A DNA stretch of 64,000 nt. It comes from Euglena gracilis. Its lineage: Eukaryota. Positions 11,905-25,413 of this stretch are shown here, one piece after another (position 1 is the first letter of the stretch; every line of letters begins with the position of its first letter). The stretch covers positions 12,704,716 through 12,768,715 of the forward strand of contig CP154954.1 of assembly GCA_039621445.1 (NCBI GenBank), given 5' to 3'. The notes under the pieces were generated by a model. That model worked only from the letters and a program-made list of their open reading frames with translations, was not told where the DNA came from and did not search any database. The position numbers and the translations under genes are program-made.

Positions 11905-12270
11905 ACCCCCTCAAACAGCCAAATGCATTCGCCGCTGCCGTACCAGCGCAGGCAGGTGTGTTGTGAACAGCACGTTAGTTCCCATTGGCTGCTGCTGACC
12001 GTTTTCTGGACCCACCCAAGCCCCCATCGTCTGAAGCGCACCAGTGGAGCACTGGACCACTCTCTGCACAAGCACTCTTGCCGAAGAAAAGCAGCTTTCC
12101 CAAAATGTAACTTCGGTGTTGTGTGTGTTTCTGTGGTCGATTCGTCAATCCACAAATCCCGTAAGTTGAAGACATTCCGCAAACGAAGATTTGTTGAAAT
12201 GGATCCAAGAGGGTGGGCAAGGTTCTGTGCAACGACCTCCCCCTCTTCTGATCTGATGCGATCTTTCTGG
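11905..12270 (-). pseudogene. Cys-rich coding-like exon remnant (FQQIF.F..SS..MICE.TTETHTTPKLHF...RQECLCREWSSAPL), also at 47495-47860 and 62045-62345
   Basis: Peptide reconstructable across three copies with differing frameshifts. Confidence 0.45.
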
Positions 12271-13608
12271 ACACGTTGGCTCCATAAAATAAATATGGAT
12301 TATGATTTTATTTTATTTTTGTGTTTTTACTCAGTAAAAAATGGTAAAATGACCAAACATGGAAAAATTTACAATAAAATGCTGAATAATTATATATGGT
12401 GAGGAAAAAGGGTAACACATTACTGTCTAAAATTGATATGAAATTTTGAAAGCAGCTCCGCATTGTGCAAGCTCTGCAACAAAGTGGCCAACAGTCGCTA
12501 AAAGTGGCCAGAAATGGTAACTGGTCAAAAAATAACCCTCAAACGGTCAAAAACAGCCAAAGTGATGAAATTAGTCAAAAAATGGACAAAAATGCTAGGT
12601 GTTTGCCACCTCCCACCCCCCTCCTTTCATGCAAACCTGGCCCCCTAAAGTTAGGCCCCCTATTTTTAAGTTTTCTGGCTGATTTTGCGACTAACCCAAT
12701 AATTTTCTAACTATACAAGTTTTGGACCAAACCTAAGGCCCCTTTTCCCCTCTCCGTTCCACAATGAGTTCCGGCACTGCATGAACGTTCCACAAGGGAA
12801 TCGAGGTTATTTTTTGTTATTTTGTTGTAAATTTGCCGAAATTTACAAAATTTATAAAATGTGTACAAAATTTGGCGATCTCTGGGCCTTTACAGGTTTT
12901 CCCCCAATTTCTGCTGGGAAATAATTACTAACTAGAAAAACTCCGCATCCCAGACCAGGTTTTACCTGAGACCAAAATTTTCAGCAATTTTTGCCGTTTT
13001 TGGCTGAATACCATATTTCCAAAACCAGCCTGTTCCCAAAACCCCAAAAGTCATGTTTTTGATCCTTTTTGGTGGAAAGATGTGAATTACGACTCAAATT
13101 TTCCATCAATTTTGCAAAATGACCAAAGTTGTGAAATTTTTCTATGTCCCCTCCAGCAGAAGTGCATTAATTCTCAAAACCGAATTTACTCATTTTTTGA
13201 CCAACTTTTCCGCAATTCCCGCAATTTTTCGGCCATTGTTCCCGCAATTTATCCGAAGGCCTCCGATATCAATTGCCCACCCCTGCGATCGAGCAAAATT
13301 TCAAAAAATAAGACCCCCCAAATATGACCCCTGGTGCGAAGCGTCAGGGACGGCGAAATTTTTCCTGTTAAAAATGTCGCAGCGCCAGAGGAAAAAAATT
13401 CGCTTCTTTTGAAACCATTCGAAAAAAACACACACCAAAAACCCATTTTCATTTGGGCAGACAGTTGGTGTGACTTTTCCAGTTGGGGGACCTGGTGGAC
13501 CCGGACCCCGGACTTCCCAGGAGAGAGGGGTCCAGCTAGTGGCTTCTCGATTGGCTAGTTTTCGGACCCCCCGGGATCCCAATGCAAAGCCTGGCTCTCA
13601 TAATGCAA

Positions 13609-13611
<3 letters not shown>

Positions 13612-13660
<49 letters not shown>
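13612..13660. repeat. (GT)n microsatellite (homologous tracts 49661-49717 and 63366-63491)
   Basis: Read directly; similar flanks in the three copies. Confidence 0.95.
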
Positions 13661-13664
<4 letters not shown>

Positions 13665-16600
13665 CGTTTATGTTTGTGTGTGTCTGTGTGTTTTTGGTTT
13701 TTGATTACTGGTTTTAATTTTCGTTGCAAATTGTCCCACCGGCTTTTCACTGGCACTCGATCCGGCTGCACTGGTCTTGAACCTGTACACCTGCAATCTA
13801 ACCAAGGTTTTGAAAATTCATTTTTGTTCCGCCCTGCTTGCTGGAGTATAGTAAAACAACATCTATGCAGCTTTCGTGGCACATCCCCTTTCCAACCCAT
13901 CGTGGGACCATGGCAACCTGCTGAAGCGTCCCCCGCTGGCTGCATCGTTTGTTGAACACTGGTTGCAGTCTATTTCATTTGAGTTGGATTGGACATTGCA
14001 ATGGTCCATCTGAATGAGGATCTTACCTGCAGCTAACCGCCCCCCTAATGTTCAACACCCCCAACTTTTTATTTTGGTGGGATTTCAAGATCCTCAGGGC
14101 GGGCTGTACATTTTTGGGGGGGACGTCACATTTATCTGGGTGACCTATACGAAAATTGTTGTGCATCCCTTTTTCCCCCAAAAAATGCATACATCCACCC
14201 CCCCAAATTTTTTTGGTTTTCTCCTGAATGGCACCATTGGCAGGCTTTGTGTCTGGGGGGGTTATACTTGGGGGTTTTCAATATTTTTGTGTATGACTTC
14301 CTGGGTTTCTGGTTCAAGGAGTGGAGTTGGCTTTCAGCAGTTGAAAGTAGTAAGTTTGACTGATTGAGCCTGCGTCCATAAACCAATCGCCCCCGGCCGA
14401 CATTTAAGTATACAGCTTCCCACGCTTTCTCCTGCTTCGGGCCCAGGATTCTTCAGTTTTGCTGAAATACTGAATTGGCGAGTTAATTTCGAAGTCAAGC
14501 CTGCTGGGTCACGAGGGTTATGTGCGGATTTTGCGCACTTGTCGTAGTTTTTGAATTTGGTAAGTGGAATCCAGACCGAAGCTCGGTATGCTTCGGAGTA
14601 AAAGAAATTCACTAGAAGCCCCGAAAACTCTGTTCCCAAAGAAGACTCTCCCCATTCCTTTGGGAGTCGCTGCCCGAAAGCCTTGTAGCAAGCTTGCTAC
14701 CATTGAGGTGTGGAAGTGGCGCAAACTGGGAATCCTGCCAGTAGTTGCCTCCACGAGCTGTTTACCATGGCTGCCTTTGATTTTGCCCCTTTCTGGTTTT
14801 TCCATGCCTAACATGAGCCACTCTTTGGCTTAACTATAGGTGCTTGCCCGGCTGCGTGAAATCCCCTGCAGATGCCCGTCAGCTGGTTTCACAGGGTTTG
14901 TTTATGTCCAGTGGTTTTCATCAAACGAGTTCACTGAACCACGATGATATTTTCTCTCGTCCCCACTTTTGATGTTGGCCCATCCAACCAAAGGAAGTAG
15001 TGAGGTTCGGGTGCTCTGCTACATTTTTCTTCCTGCGGCGGCTGTGCTACTTCCCCCAGTGGCGCATTCCTCTTTATCAGATACCATTTCAGTGAATGCA
15101 TGCAAATGCATTGCAAAGGTTTGCGGGAAAGCACCTGTGAAATGACTGGGCACCACTGGGCCCTATTGTTTGTGACTGGCTTTGATGACACTCATGGGGG
15201 GGGGTCCGTGCATAGATCCACCGAGTGACCCCGGGGGCACTTCTTCCCAGGCCCAAACCCACCCACGACCCCCCCCCCCGGGGTGGTCAACCACCCACCT
15301 ACCCACCCAAAATCTGGCCAAGATCGGCCGAAGAAGCCGAAAATTTTTTCCTCCCCGCCATGGCGCACCGCCCCCCCCCCAGGTCACACAAGTGATCTAC
15401 CAAGTGTCACACAAGGTAATCTAAGGTTCCATGTCGAATGTGGCCACTTTTGGCCACGTTTAGACCTTTCTTCTCCCTTTTTGTCCGTGTCTGGCCGTCT
15501 TTGGCTATTTGTTCCTATGCATGTTTTTGAGTATTTTCGGCCATTTTTTGGCCAATGTTCTTTTGGCCAGGTTTGACCTTTTTTTGGCACTGGGATGTCT
15601 GTGTGTGGACTGGTTGTGAGTGAGCGTAACTGGGCATGACTGGGCGTGATTGAGCGCGACTGGATGGCCACAGGTGCTTGGTGGGCGGGATTAATGCGAA
15701 AACATATTCTTTTTTTGCTTTTGTGTAATCGCCGTGAACTTGCATAATTCCGGACCATATTCACGGATGCAAAATGAAGTTTCCACAAAACAAGGAAGGG
15801 GAGCGACGGTGGTAGGCGGGCGAGGACGTGGGGATGGTCTGGCTGGAGACGTGCTGGATGGTCGCCCTGCCTCCATCCGTTGGAAACAAAATGAGGCAAA
15901 AAAGAACTAAGCCCTGAAGAAAAAAAACCCGGGGGGGTCGGAAGTTTGGGTCTGGGAGCTGCTCCGAATGAGGTGGATCAAGACGTCATTCTCACAAGCC
16001 ATGCAGCGTGGTTCGCAAACATTTGGTGCCTCCACAGGCAAATTTTCCCCACACCCTCTGACACCACTACGCTCCCCACCCCCACACCCCTCACTGACAG
16101 GCATGGTAGCTCGAATTTTTTCCGAGGGAAATGCCAAATAGTTGAAATTTTGGATGTGCACGGAGGGCTGGACACCCTTTTGGGGTGCTCAAGAATACAC
16201 TTCCTCGCGTTCACACACGTTTCGAGGTGTTCTAGTGCACATGAAAAGTGGAACCATCCCACAGGCCTCAAAATGGGGTATGCCCGCAAACAGGAAGAAG
16301 ACGCAGAACAAATTATTGCTGCCAAATGATTGCAAAAAAGTCAGTGGCTGATGAAACAATGCCGCTCAAAAGTGAGAATATAGTGAAGGTTGCTCTGTGC
16401 CTGCTCCCAGATGCTGCTTGTATTTTTTTCTTCTTCTAATTACCTATTATTGTATTTCTGTACTTCAAAAATTGCGATATCGCAAGGATTTCTGAACAGA
16501 GGTCTTTCTTAAGGACCTGCTGGGGGTTCCCTGACTGGAAAACGGCTATTCATCAAAACCTGGTCAATTAGGGCACCAGACGAGGCCATCCGAGGCAGAG

Positions 16601-17681
16601 GGTGGCAATCTGCCCCCGGGTGACACATGTCAAAAACAGAAACGGGCTTGCCCAGACCCCAGGGATGCAATGCCACCAACCTACGCCCTCAGTGTTTAGC
16701 CTATCTCTCAGCATTTCAGCATTGAAATGCCAGGGGCACCTACCGCGGACGTTATTGTGTGCTTGGGGAGCGCACGTGTGCCACCGGTTGAATGACTCTC
16801 TTTTCCAACCTGCCTTGGAGCTAACTCCAGGCTATATCGGACCTCCTCCCCCCCCCAACCCTGACCGCTTTGCGGGCAGCAGCGTGCTGGTTTGACCTCG
16901 CTAACCCATCAAATGCGCTGGAAGTAGCCGGCCGTTGGACGCTTCACTGGCGAATTTCCGCGATACCAGTGATTTTTTTTGGGGGAGAATGGCAAAGTTT
17001 GTTTTGTTCCTGTTCCAATAATCAGGAAGCGGTTAGTGCTGATGAACCGGGCATTTCCCTGTGCATGGGAAAAAATTGCAGGAAATAAAGAGTTTTCAGA
17101 AAATCTCGGAAATACGGAAAGACCCCCCAAATATGACCCCTGGTGCGAAGCGTCAGGGACGGCGAAATTTTTCCTGTTAAAAAATTGGGGGTTTTACCCC
17201 AACGATCCCTCATGTCTTGCTGGGATGTCGCAGCGCTAGAGGAAAAAATTTCGCTTCTTTTGAAACCTGCCATGGAGGTGAGGGGTGGGGGTCCGGACAC
17301 CCCCTCCCAACATATGGGGATCGCTACCGGAAACTTTTTATTTGACCCCAAAAAGCTGCCAAAAATTGGAACAAAACCATTCGAAAAAAAAACACACCAA
17401 AAACCCATTTCCATTTGGGCAGACAGTTGGTGTGATTTTTCCAGTTGGGGGACCTGGTGGACCCGGACCCCGGACTTCCCAGGTGAGAGGGGTCCAGCTA
17501 GTGGCTTCTCGATTGGCTAGTTTTCGGACCCCCCGGGATCCCAATGCAAAGCCTGGCTCTCATAATGCAATAGGTGTGTGTGTGTGTTTTGGGGGGGGGG
17601 GACGTCAAATTTATCTGGGTGACCTATACCAAAATTGTTGTGCATCCCTTTTTTCCCCAAAAAATGCATACATCCACCCAC

Positions 17682-18085
17682 CAGGCTTTTGCTTAAGGGA
17701 TTGCAGTACCCCCCCCCGGGGGGGGGCTGGACTGCAGCTAGTCCAAATTTGGCTAGTGGGTTTTCTAGCAGACCCCCCCCCGGGGGGGGGTCTGCTAGCA
17801 GGGCTAGCCAGTGGAAAATTTTTTTCCAGTGACCGGCGCGAAGCGCCGAAAAAATTTTTTGGGACCCCCAAAAATGGCCAAAAATGCCCGTTTTTGGCCA
17901 TTTTTGGGAATTTTTGGAACAAAATCAGCCAAAAACCTGTTAAAAAATTTTTTTCCAGTCCGGGGGACCCCCGGACCCCCCCCCCCCCGGGGGGGGAGGG
18001 GGGGGTCTAGCTAGTCCACTTTTTCCAGTGTCTAGCCGATTGGCTAGCCAGTACCCCCCCCCCGGGGTCCTTAAGCAAAAGCCTG
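17682..18085. mobile_element. hAT-like MITE (404 bp), present only in tandem unit 2
   Basis: Perfect 17-bp TIR CAGGCTTTTGCTTAAGG; TSD CCACCCAC at 17674-17681 and 18086-18093; empty site in unit 3 (~21555). Confidence 0.96.
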
Positions 18086-21000
18086 CCACCCACCCAAATT
18101 TTTTTGGCTTTCTCCTGAATGGCACCATTGGCAGGCTTTGTGTTTGGGGGGGTTATACTTGGGGGTTTTCAATATTTTTGTGTATGACTTCCTGAGTTTC
18201 TGGTTCAAGGAGTGGAGTTGGCTTTCAGCAGTTGAAAGTAGTAAGTTTGACTGATTGAGCCTGCGTCCATAAACCAATCGCCCCCGGCCGACATTTAAGT
18301 ATACAGCTTCCCACGCTTTCTCCTGCTTCGGGCCCAGGATTCTTCAGTTTTGCTGAAATACTGAATTGGCGAGTTAATTTCGAGGTCAAGCCTGCTGGGT
18401 CACGAGGGTTATGTGCGGATTTTGCGCACTTGTCGTAGTTTTTGAATTTGGTAAGTGGAATCCAGACCGAAGCTCGGTATGCTTCGGAGTAAAAGAAATT
18501 CACTAGAAGCCCCGAAAACTCTGTTCCCAAAGAAGACTCTCCCCATTCCTTTGGGAGTCGCTGCCCGAAAGCCTTGTAGCAAGCTTGCTACCATTGAGGT
18601 GTGGAAGTGGCGCAAACTGGGAATCCTGCCAGTAGTTGCCTCCACGAGCTGTTTACCATGGCTGCCTTTGATTTTGCCTCTTTCTGGTTTTTCCATGCCT
18701 AACATGAGCCACTCTTTGGCTTAACTATAGGTGCTTGCCCGGCTGCGTGAAGTCCCCTGCAGATGCCCGTCAGCTGGTTTCACAGGGTTTGTTTAAGTCC
18801 AGTGGTTTTCATCAAACGAGTTCACCGAACCACGATGATATTTTCTCTCGTCCCCACTTTTGACGTTGGCCCATCCAACCAAAGGAAGTAGTGAGGTTCG
18901 GGTGCTCTGCTACATTTTTCTTCCTGCGGCGGCTGTGCTACTTCCCCCAGTGGCGCATTCCTCTTTATCAGATACCATTTCAGTGAATGCATGCAAATGC
19001 ATTGCAAAGGTTTGCGGGAAAGCACCTGTGAAATGACTGGGTACCACTGGGCCCTATTGTTTGTGACTGGCTTTGATGACACTCATGGGGGGGGGTCCGT
19101 GCATAGATCCACCGAGTGACCCCGGGGGCACTTCTTCCCAGGCCCAAACCCACCCACGACCCCCCCCCCCCCGGGGTGGTCAACCACCCACCTACCCACC
19201 CAAAATCTGGCCAAGATCGGCCGAAGAAGCCGAAATTTTTTTCCTCCCCGCCATGGCGCACCGCCCCCCCCTCCCAGGTCACACAAGTGTTCTACCAAGT
19301 GTCACACAAGGTAATCTAAGGTTCCATGTCGAATGTGGCCACTTTTGGCCACGTTTAGACCTTTCTTCTCCCTTTTTGTCCGTGTCTGGCCGTCTTTGGC
19401 TATTTGTTCCTATGCATGTTTTTGAGTATTTTCGGCCATTTTTTGGCCAATGTTCTTTTGGCCAGGTTTGACCTTTTTTTGGCACTGGGATGTCTGTGTG
19501 TGGACTGGTTGTGAGTGAGCGTGACTGGGCATGACTGGGCGTGATTGAGCGCGACTGGATGGCCACAGGTGCTTGGTGGGCGGGATCAATGCGAAAACAT
19601 ATTCTTTTTTTGCTTTTGTGTAATCGCCGTGAACTTGCATAATTCCGGACCATATTCACGGATGCAAAATGAAGTTTCCACAAAACAAGGAAGGGGAGCG
19701 ACGGTGGTAGGCGGGCGAGGACGTGGGGATGGTCTGGCTGGAGACGTGCTGGATGGTCGCCCTGCCTCCATCCGTTGGAAACAAAATGAGGCAAAAAAGA
19801 ACTAAGCCCTGAAAAAAAAAAACCCGGGGGGGTCGGAAGTTTGGGTCTGGGAGCTGCTCCGAATGAGGTGGATCAAGACGTCATTCTCACAAGCCACGCA
19901 GCGTGGTTCGCAAACATTTGGTGCCTCCACAGGCAAATTTTCCCCACACCCTCTGACACCACTACGCTCCCCACCCCCCCACCCCTCACTGACAGGCATG
20001 GTAGCTCGAATTTTTTCCGAGGGAAATGCCAAATAGTTGAAATTTTGGATGTGCACGGAGGGCTGGACACCCTTTTGGGGTGCTCAAGAATACACTTCCT
20101 CGCGTTCACACACGTTTCGAGGTGTTCTAGTGCACATGAAAAGTGGAACCATCCCACAGGCCTCAAAATGGGGTATGCCCGCAAACAGGAAGAAGACGCA
20201 GAACAAATTATTGCTGCCAAATGATTGCAAAAAAGTGAAACAATGCCGCTCAAAAGTGAGAATATAGTGAAGGTTGCTCTGTGCCTGCTCCCAGATGCTG
20301 CTTGTATTTTTTTCTTCTTCTAATTACCTATTATTGTATTTCTGTACTTCAAAAATTGCGATATCGCAAGGATTTCTGAACAGAGGTCTTTCTTAAGGAC
20401 CTGCTGGGGGTTCCCTGACTGGAAAACGGCTATTCATCAAAACCTGGTCAATTAGGGCACCAGACGAGGCCATCCGAGGCAGAGGGTGGCAATCTGCCCC
20501 CGGGTGACACATGTCAAAAACAGAAACGGGCTTGCCCAGACCCCAGGGATGCAATGCCACCAACCTACGCCCTCAATTTTTAGCCTATCTCTCAGCATTT
20601 CAGCATTGAAATGCCAGGGGCACCTACCGCGGACGTTATTGTGTGCTTGGGGAGCGCACGTGTGCCACCGGTTGAATGACTCTCTTTCCCAACCTGCCTT
20701 GGAGCTAACTCCAGGCTATATTGGACCTCCCCCCCCCCAACCCTGACCGCTTTGCGGGCAGCAGCGTGCTGGTTTGACCTCGCTAACCCATCAAATGCGC
20801 TGGAGGGAGCCGGCCGTTGCAGCTTCACTGGCGAATTTCCGCGATACCAGTGATTTTTTTGGGGGAGAATGGCAAAGTTTGTTTTGTTCCTGTTCCAATA
20901 ATCAGGAAGCGGTTAGTGCTGATGAACCGGGCATTTCCCTGTGCATGGGAAAAAATTGCAGGAAATAAAGCGCTTTTCAGAAAATCTCGGAAATACGGAA

Positions 21001-24000
21001 AGACCCCCCAAATATGACCCCTGGTGCGAAGCGTCAGGGACGGCGAAATTTTTCCTGTTAAAAAATTGGGGGTTTTACCCCAACGATCCCTCATGTCTTG
21101 CTGGGATGTCGCAGCGCTAGAGGAAAAAATTTCGCTTCTTTTGAAACCTGCCATGGAGGTGAGGGGTGGGGGTCCGGACACCCCCTCCCAACATATGGGG
21201 ATCGCTACCGGAAACTTTTTATTTGACCCCAAAAAGCTGCCAAAAATTGGAACAAAACCATTCGAAAAAAAAACACACCAAAAACCCATTTCCATTTGGG
21301 CAGACAGTTGGTGTGATTTTTCCAGTTGGGGGACCTGGTGGACCCGGACCCCGGACTTCCCAGGTGAGAGGGGTCCAGCTAGTGGCTTCTCGATTGGCTA
21401 GTTTTCGGACCCCCCGGGATCCCAATGCAAAGCCTGGCTCTCATAATGCAATAGGTGTGTGTGTGTGTTTTGGGGGGGGGGACGTCAAATTTATCTGGGT
21501 GACCTATATAAAAATTGTTGTGCATCCCTTTTTTCCCCCAAAAAATGCATACATCCACCCACCCAAATTTTTTTGGCTTTCTCCTGAATGCCACCATTGG
21601 CAGGCTTTGTGTTTGGGGGGGGTTATACTTGGGGGTTTTCAATATTTTTGTGTATGACTTCCTGAGTTTCTGGGTCAAGGAGTGGAGTTGGCTTTCAGCA
21701 GTTGAAAGTAGTAAGTTTGACTGATTGAGCCTGCGTCCATAAACCAATCGCCCCCGGCCGACAATTTAAGTATACAGCTTCCCACGCTTTCTCCCGCTTC
21801 GGGCCCAGGATTCTGCTTCAAGCCCATGTTTTGTTGAAATACTGAATTTGCGAATTAATTTCGAAGTCAAGCCTGCTGGGTCACGAGGGTTATGTGCGGA
21901 TTTTGCGCACTTGTCGTAGTTTTTGAATTTGGTAAGTGGAATCCAGACCGAAGCTCGGTATGCTTCGGAGTAAAAGAAATTCACTAGAAGCCCCGAAAAC
22001 TCTGTTCCCAAAGAAGACTCTCCCCATTCCTTTGGGAGTCGCTGCCCGAAAGCCTTGTAGCAAGCTTGCTACCATTGAGGTGTGGAAGTGGCGCAAACTG
22101 GGAATCCTGCCAGTAGTTGCCTCCACGAGCTGTTTACCATGGCTGCCTTTGATTTTGCCTCTTTCTGGTTTTTCTATGCCTAACATGAGCCACTCTTTGG
22201 CTTAACTATAGGTGCTTGCCCGTCTGCGTGAAGTCCCCTGCAGATGCCCGTCAGCTGGTTTCACAGGGTTTGTTTAAGTCCAGTGGTTTTCATCAAACGA
22301 GTTCACCGAAACACGATGATATTTTCTCTCGTCCCCACTTTTGACGTTGGCCCATCCAACCAAAGGAAGTAGTGAGGTTCGGGTGCTCTGCTACATTTTT
22401 CTTCCTGCGGCGGCTGTGCTACTTCCCCCAGTGGCGCATTCCTCTTTATCAGATACCATTTCAGTGAATGCATGCATGCATTGCAAAGGTTTGCGGGAAA
22501 GCACCTGTGAAATGACTGGGCACCACTGGGCCCTATTGTTTGTGACTGGCTTTGATGACACTCATGGGGGGGGTCCGTGCATAGATCCACCGAGTGACCC
22601 CGGGGGCACTTCTTCCCAGGCCCAAACCCCCCCACGCCCCCCCCCCCCCCGGGGTGGTCAACCACCCACCTACCCACCCAAAATCTGGCCAAGATCGGCC
22701 GAAGAAGCCGAAAAATTTTTCCTCCCTGCCATGGCGCACCCCCCCCCAGGTCACACAAGTGTTCTACCAAGTGTCACACAAGGTAATCTAAGGTTCCATG
22801 TCGAATGTGGCCACTTTTGGCCACGTTTAGACCTTTCTTCTCCCTTTTTGTCCGTGTCTGGCCGTCTTTGGCTACTTGTTCCTATGCATGTTTTTGAGTA
22901 TTTTCGGCCATTTTTTGGCCAATGTTCTTTTGGCCAGTTTTGACCTTTTTTTGGCACTGGGATGTCTGTGTGTGGACTGGTTGTGAGTGAGCGTGACTGG
23001 GCATGACTGGGCGTGATTGAGCGCGACTGGATGGCCACAGGTGCTTGGTGGGCGGGATCAATGCGAAAACATATTCTTTTTTTGCTTTTGTGTAATCGCC
23101 GTGAATTTGCATAATTCCGGACCATATTCACGGATGCAAAATGAAGTTTCCACAAAACAAGGAAGGGGAGCGACGGTGGTAGGCGGGCGAGGACGTGGGG
23201 ATGGTCTGGCTGGAGACGTGCTGGATGGTCGCCCTGCCTCCTTCCGTTGGAAACAAAATGAGGCAAAAAAGAACTAAGCCCTGAAAAAAAAAAACCCAGG
23301 GGGGGTCGGAAGTTTGGGTCTGGGAGCTGCTCCGAATGAGGTGGATCAAGACGTCATTCTCACAAGCCACGCAGCGTGGTTGCAAACATTTGGTGCCTCC
23401 ACAGGCAAATTTTCCCCACACCCTCTGACACCACTACGCTCCCCACCCCCACACCCCTCACTGACAGGCATGGTAGCTCGAATTTTTTCCGAGGGAAATG
23501 CCAAATAGTTGAAATTTCGGATGTGCACGGAGGGCTGGACACCCTTTTGGGGTGCTCAAGAATACACTTCCTCGCGTTCACACACGTTTCGAGGTGTTCT
23601 AGTGCACGTGAAAAGTGGAACCATCCCACAGGCCTCAAAATGGGGTATGCCCGCAAACAGGAAGAAGACGCAGAACAAATTATTGCTGCCAAATGATTGC
23701 AAAAAAGTCAGTGGCTGATGAAACAATGCCGCTCAAAAGTGAGAATATAGTGAAGGTTGCTCTGTGCCTGCTCCCAGATGCTGCTTGTATTTTTTTCTTA
23801 TTCTAATTACCTATTATTGTATTTCTGTACTTCAAAAATTGCGATATCGCAAGGATTTCTGAACAGAGGTCTTTCTTAAGGACCTGCTGGGTGTTCCCTG
23901 ACTGGAAAACGGCTATTCATCAAAACCTGGTCAATTAGGGCACCAGACGAGGCCATCCGAGGCAGAGGGTGGCAATCTGCCCCCGGGTGACACATGTCAA

Positions 24001-25129
24001 AAACAGAAACGGGCTTGCCCAGACCCCAGGGATGCAATGCCACCAACCTACGCCCTCAATGTTTAGCCTATCTCTCAGCATTTCAGCATTGAAATGCTAG
24101 GGGCACCTACCGCGGACGTTATTGTGTGCTTGGGGAGCGCACGTGTGCCACCGGTTGAATGACTCCCTTCCCAACCTGCCTCGGAGCTAACTCCAGGCTA
24201 TATCGGACCTCCTCCCCCCCCCCCAACCCTGACCGCTTTGCGGGCAGCAGCGTGCTGGTTTGACCTCGCTAACCCATCAAATGTGCTGGAGGGAGCCGGC
24301 CGTTGGACGCTTCACTGGCGAATTTCCGCGATACCAGTGATTTTTTGGGGGGAGAATGGCAAAGTTTGTTTTGTTCCTGTTCCAATAATCAGGAAGCGGT
24401 TAGTGCTGATGAACCGGGCATTTCCCTGTGCATGGGAAAAAATTGCAGGAAATAAAGCGCTTTTCAGAAAATCTCGGGAATTCAAACAGAGCCGCCATGG
24501 AGGCCTTTTAAACCCCCGGGGGACATGCACCTCCCCTGAACGTGGAAACATTCCGTCGACCATGGTGCCTGCCATAGCAGAAGCACAAAAAAGTTCCCAT
24601 AGAGATGGCATTTTGCCCCCCTGGCACAATCTGGGTGTGCCGCACTATACCCCTGTGACATGCCCCGCCCTTGGCGAATGGCAGTGCTGGGGGGGAATCA
24701 CTGTTTTTTTTTGATGTATCTGAAGTTCATTTTCGAATAATTTCTGTTTTTTTTTTACACTCTCCTCTTTTTTTTCTGCTTTTTCAAGCTGGCAGATCCA
24801 GGGCTGGCAAAGTACAAGCCCCAGAGTGGCACTTGCTACGTATTGCCAATCAAAAAAGAAATTAAAAAATAACTGTAAAAAATTCAACAAAAAATAAGAA
24901 TAGGGACAAACAAATAATAAAAATAACTCAAATAAATAACTGACATATGAAATGAGAAAGGCATCATAGAAACTGTAAACAAAAATGACATAAATCGAAC
25001 GAATTAAAGCAATGATAGAAATACATAAACAAAATAGCATCTGGGAGCATGATTTTTTTGAGCTGCATCTTTGAAGTTCTGGGCACCCGTCGTTTTCGCT
25101 TTCAGGCGTTGTCCAGCACACTTGGAAAT

Positions 25130-25413
25130 CAGGGGTTTTTTTAGTCGTGGACCCCCGGGGGGGGAGGGGGGGGTGAGGGTGGGTGGGTCCGGCCGGGTCC
25201 GGCCCCGGGGGGGGGGGGTCCCCCCGGAGGGGGGTGGAATATACTTTTCGGCGCCGCAGGCGCCGAAAAAATGCTATTTTTAGCACTTTTCGCTATTTTT
25301 CGGCCATTTTTTGTGGGTCCCCCGGGACCCCCCCCCCCCGGGGGGGCCCCCAGGGGGGGGGGGGGGGGGGGGGGACCCCCCCTCCCCCGCCCCCGGTCTT
25401 AAAAAAACCCCTG
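25130..25413. mobile_element. hAT-like MITE (284 bp)
   Basis: 14-bp TIR CAGGGGTTTTTTTA; TSD TTGGAAAT at 25122-25129 and 25414-25421; empty site at ~56041 in copy B. Confidence 0.94.

Larger units (their letters stand above)
13311..24478. repeat. Near-identical tandem triplication; units start at 13311, 17120 and 21001
   Basis: agaccccccaaatatgacccctggtgcgaagcg begins each unit; identical junction ...aaaatctcggaaatacggaaagacccc at ~17110 and ~20990; the ORF track repeats three times. Confidence 0.96.

Noticed and set aside
16555-16580. In-frame TGA conserved between copies as evidence of a variant genetic code
   Set aside because: Another minus-strand frame (ASSGALIDQVL) is open there and the coding frame is unknown
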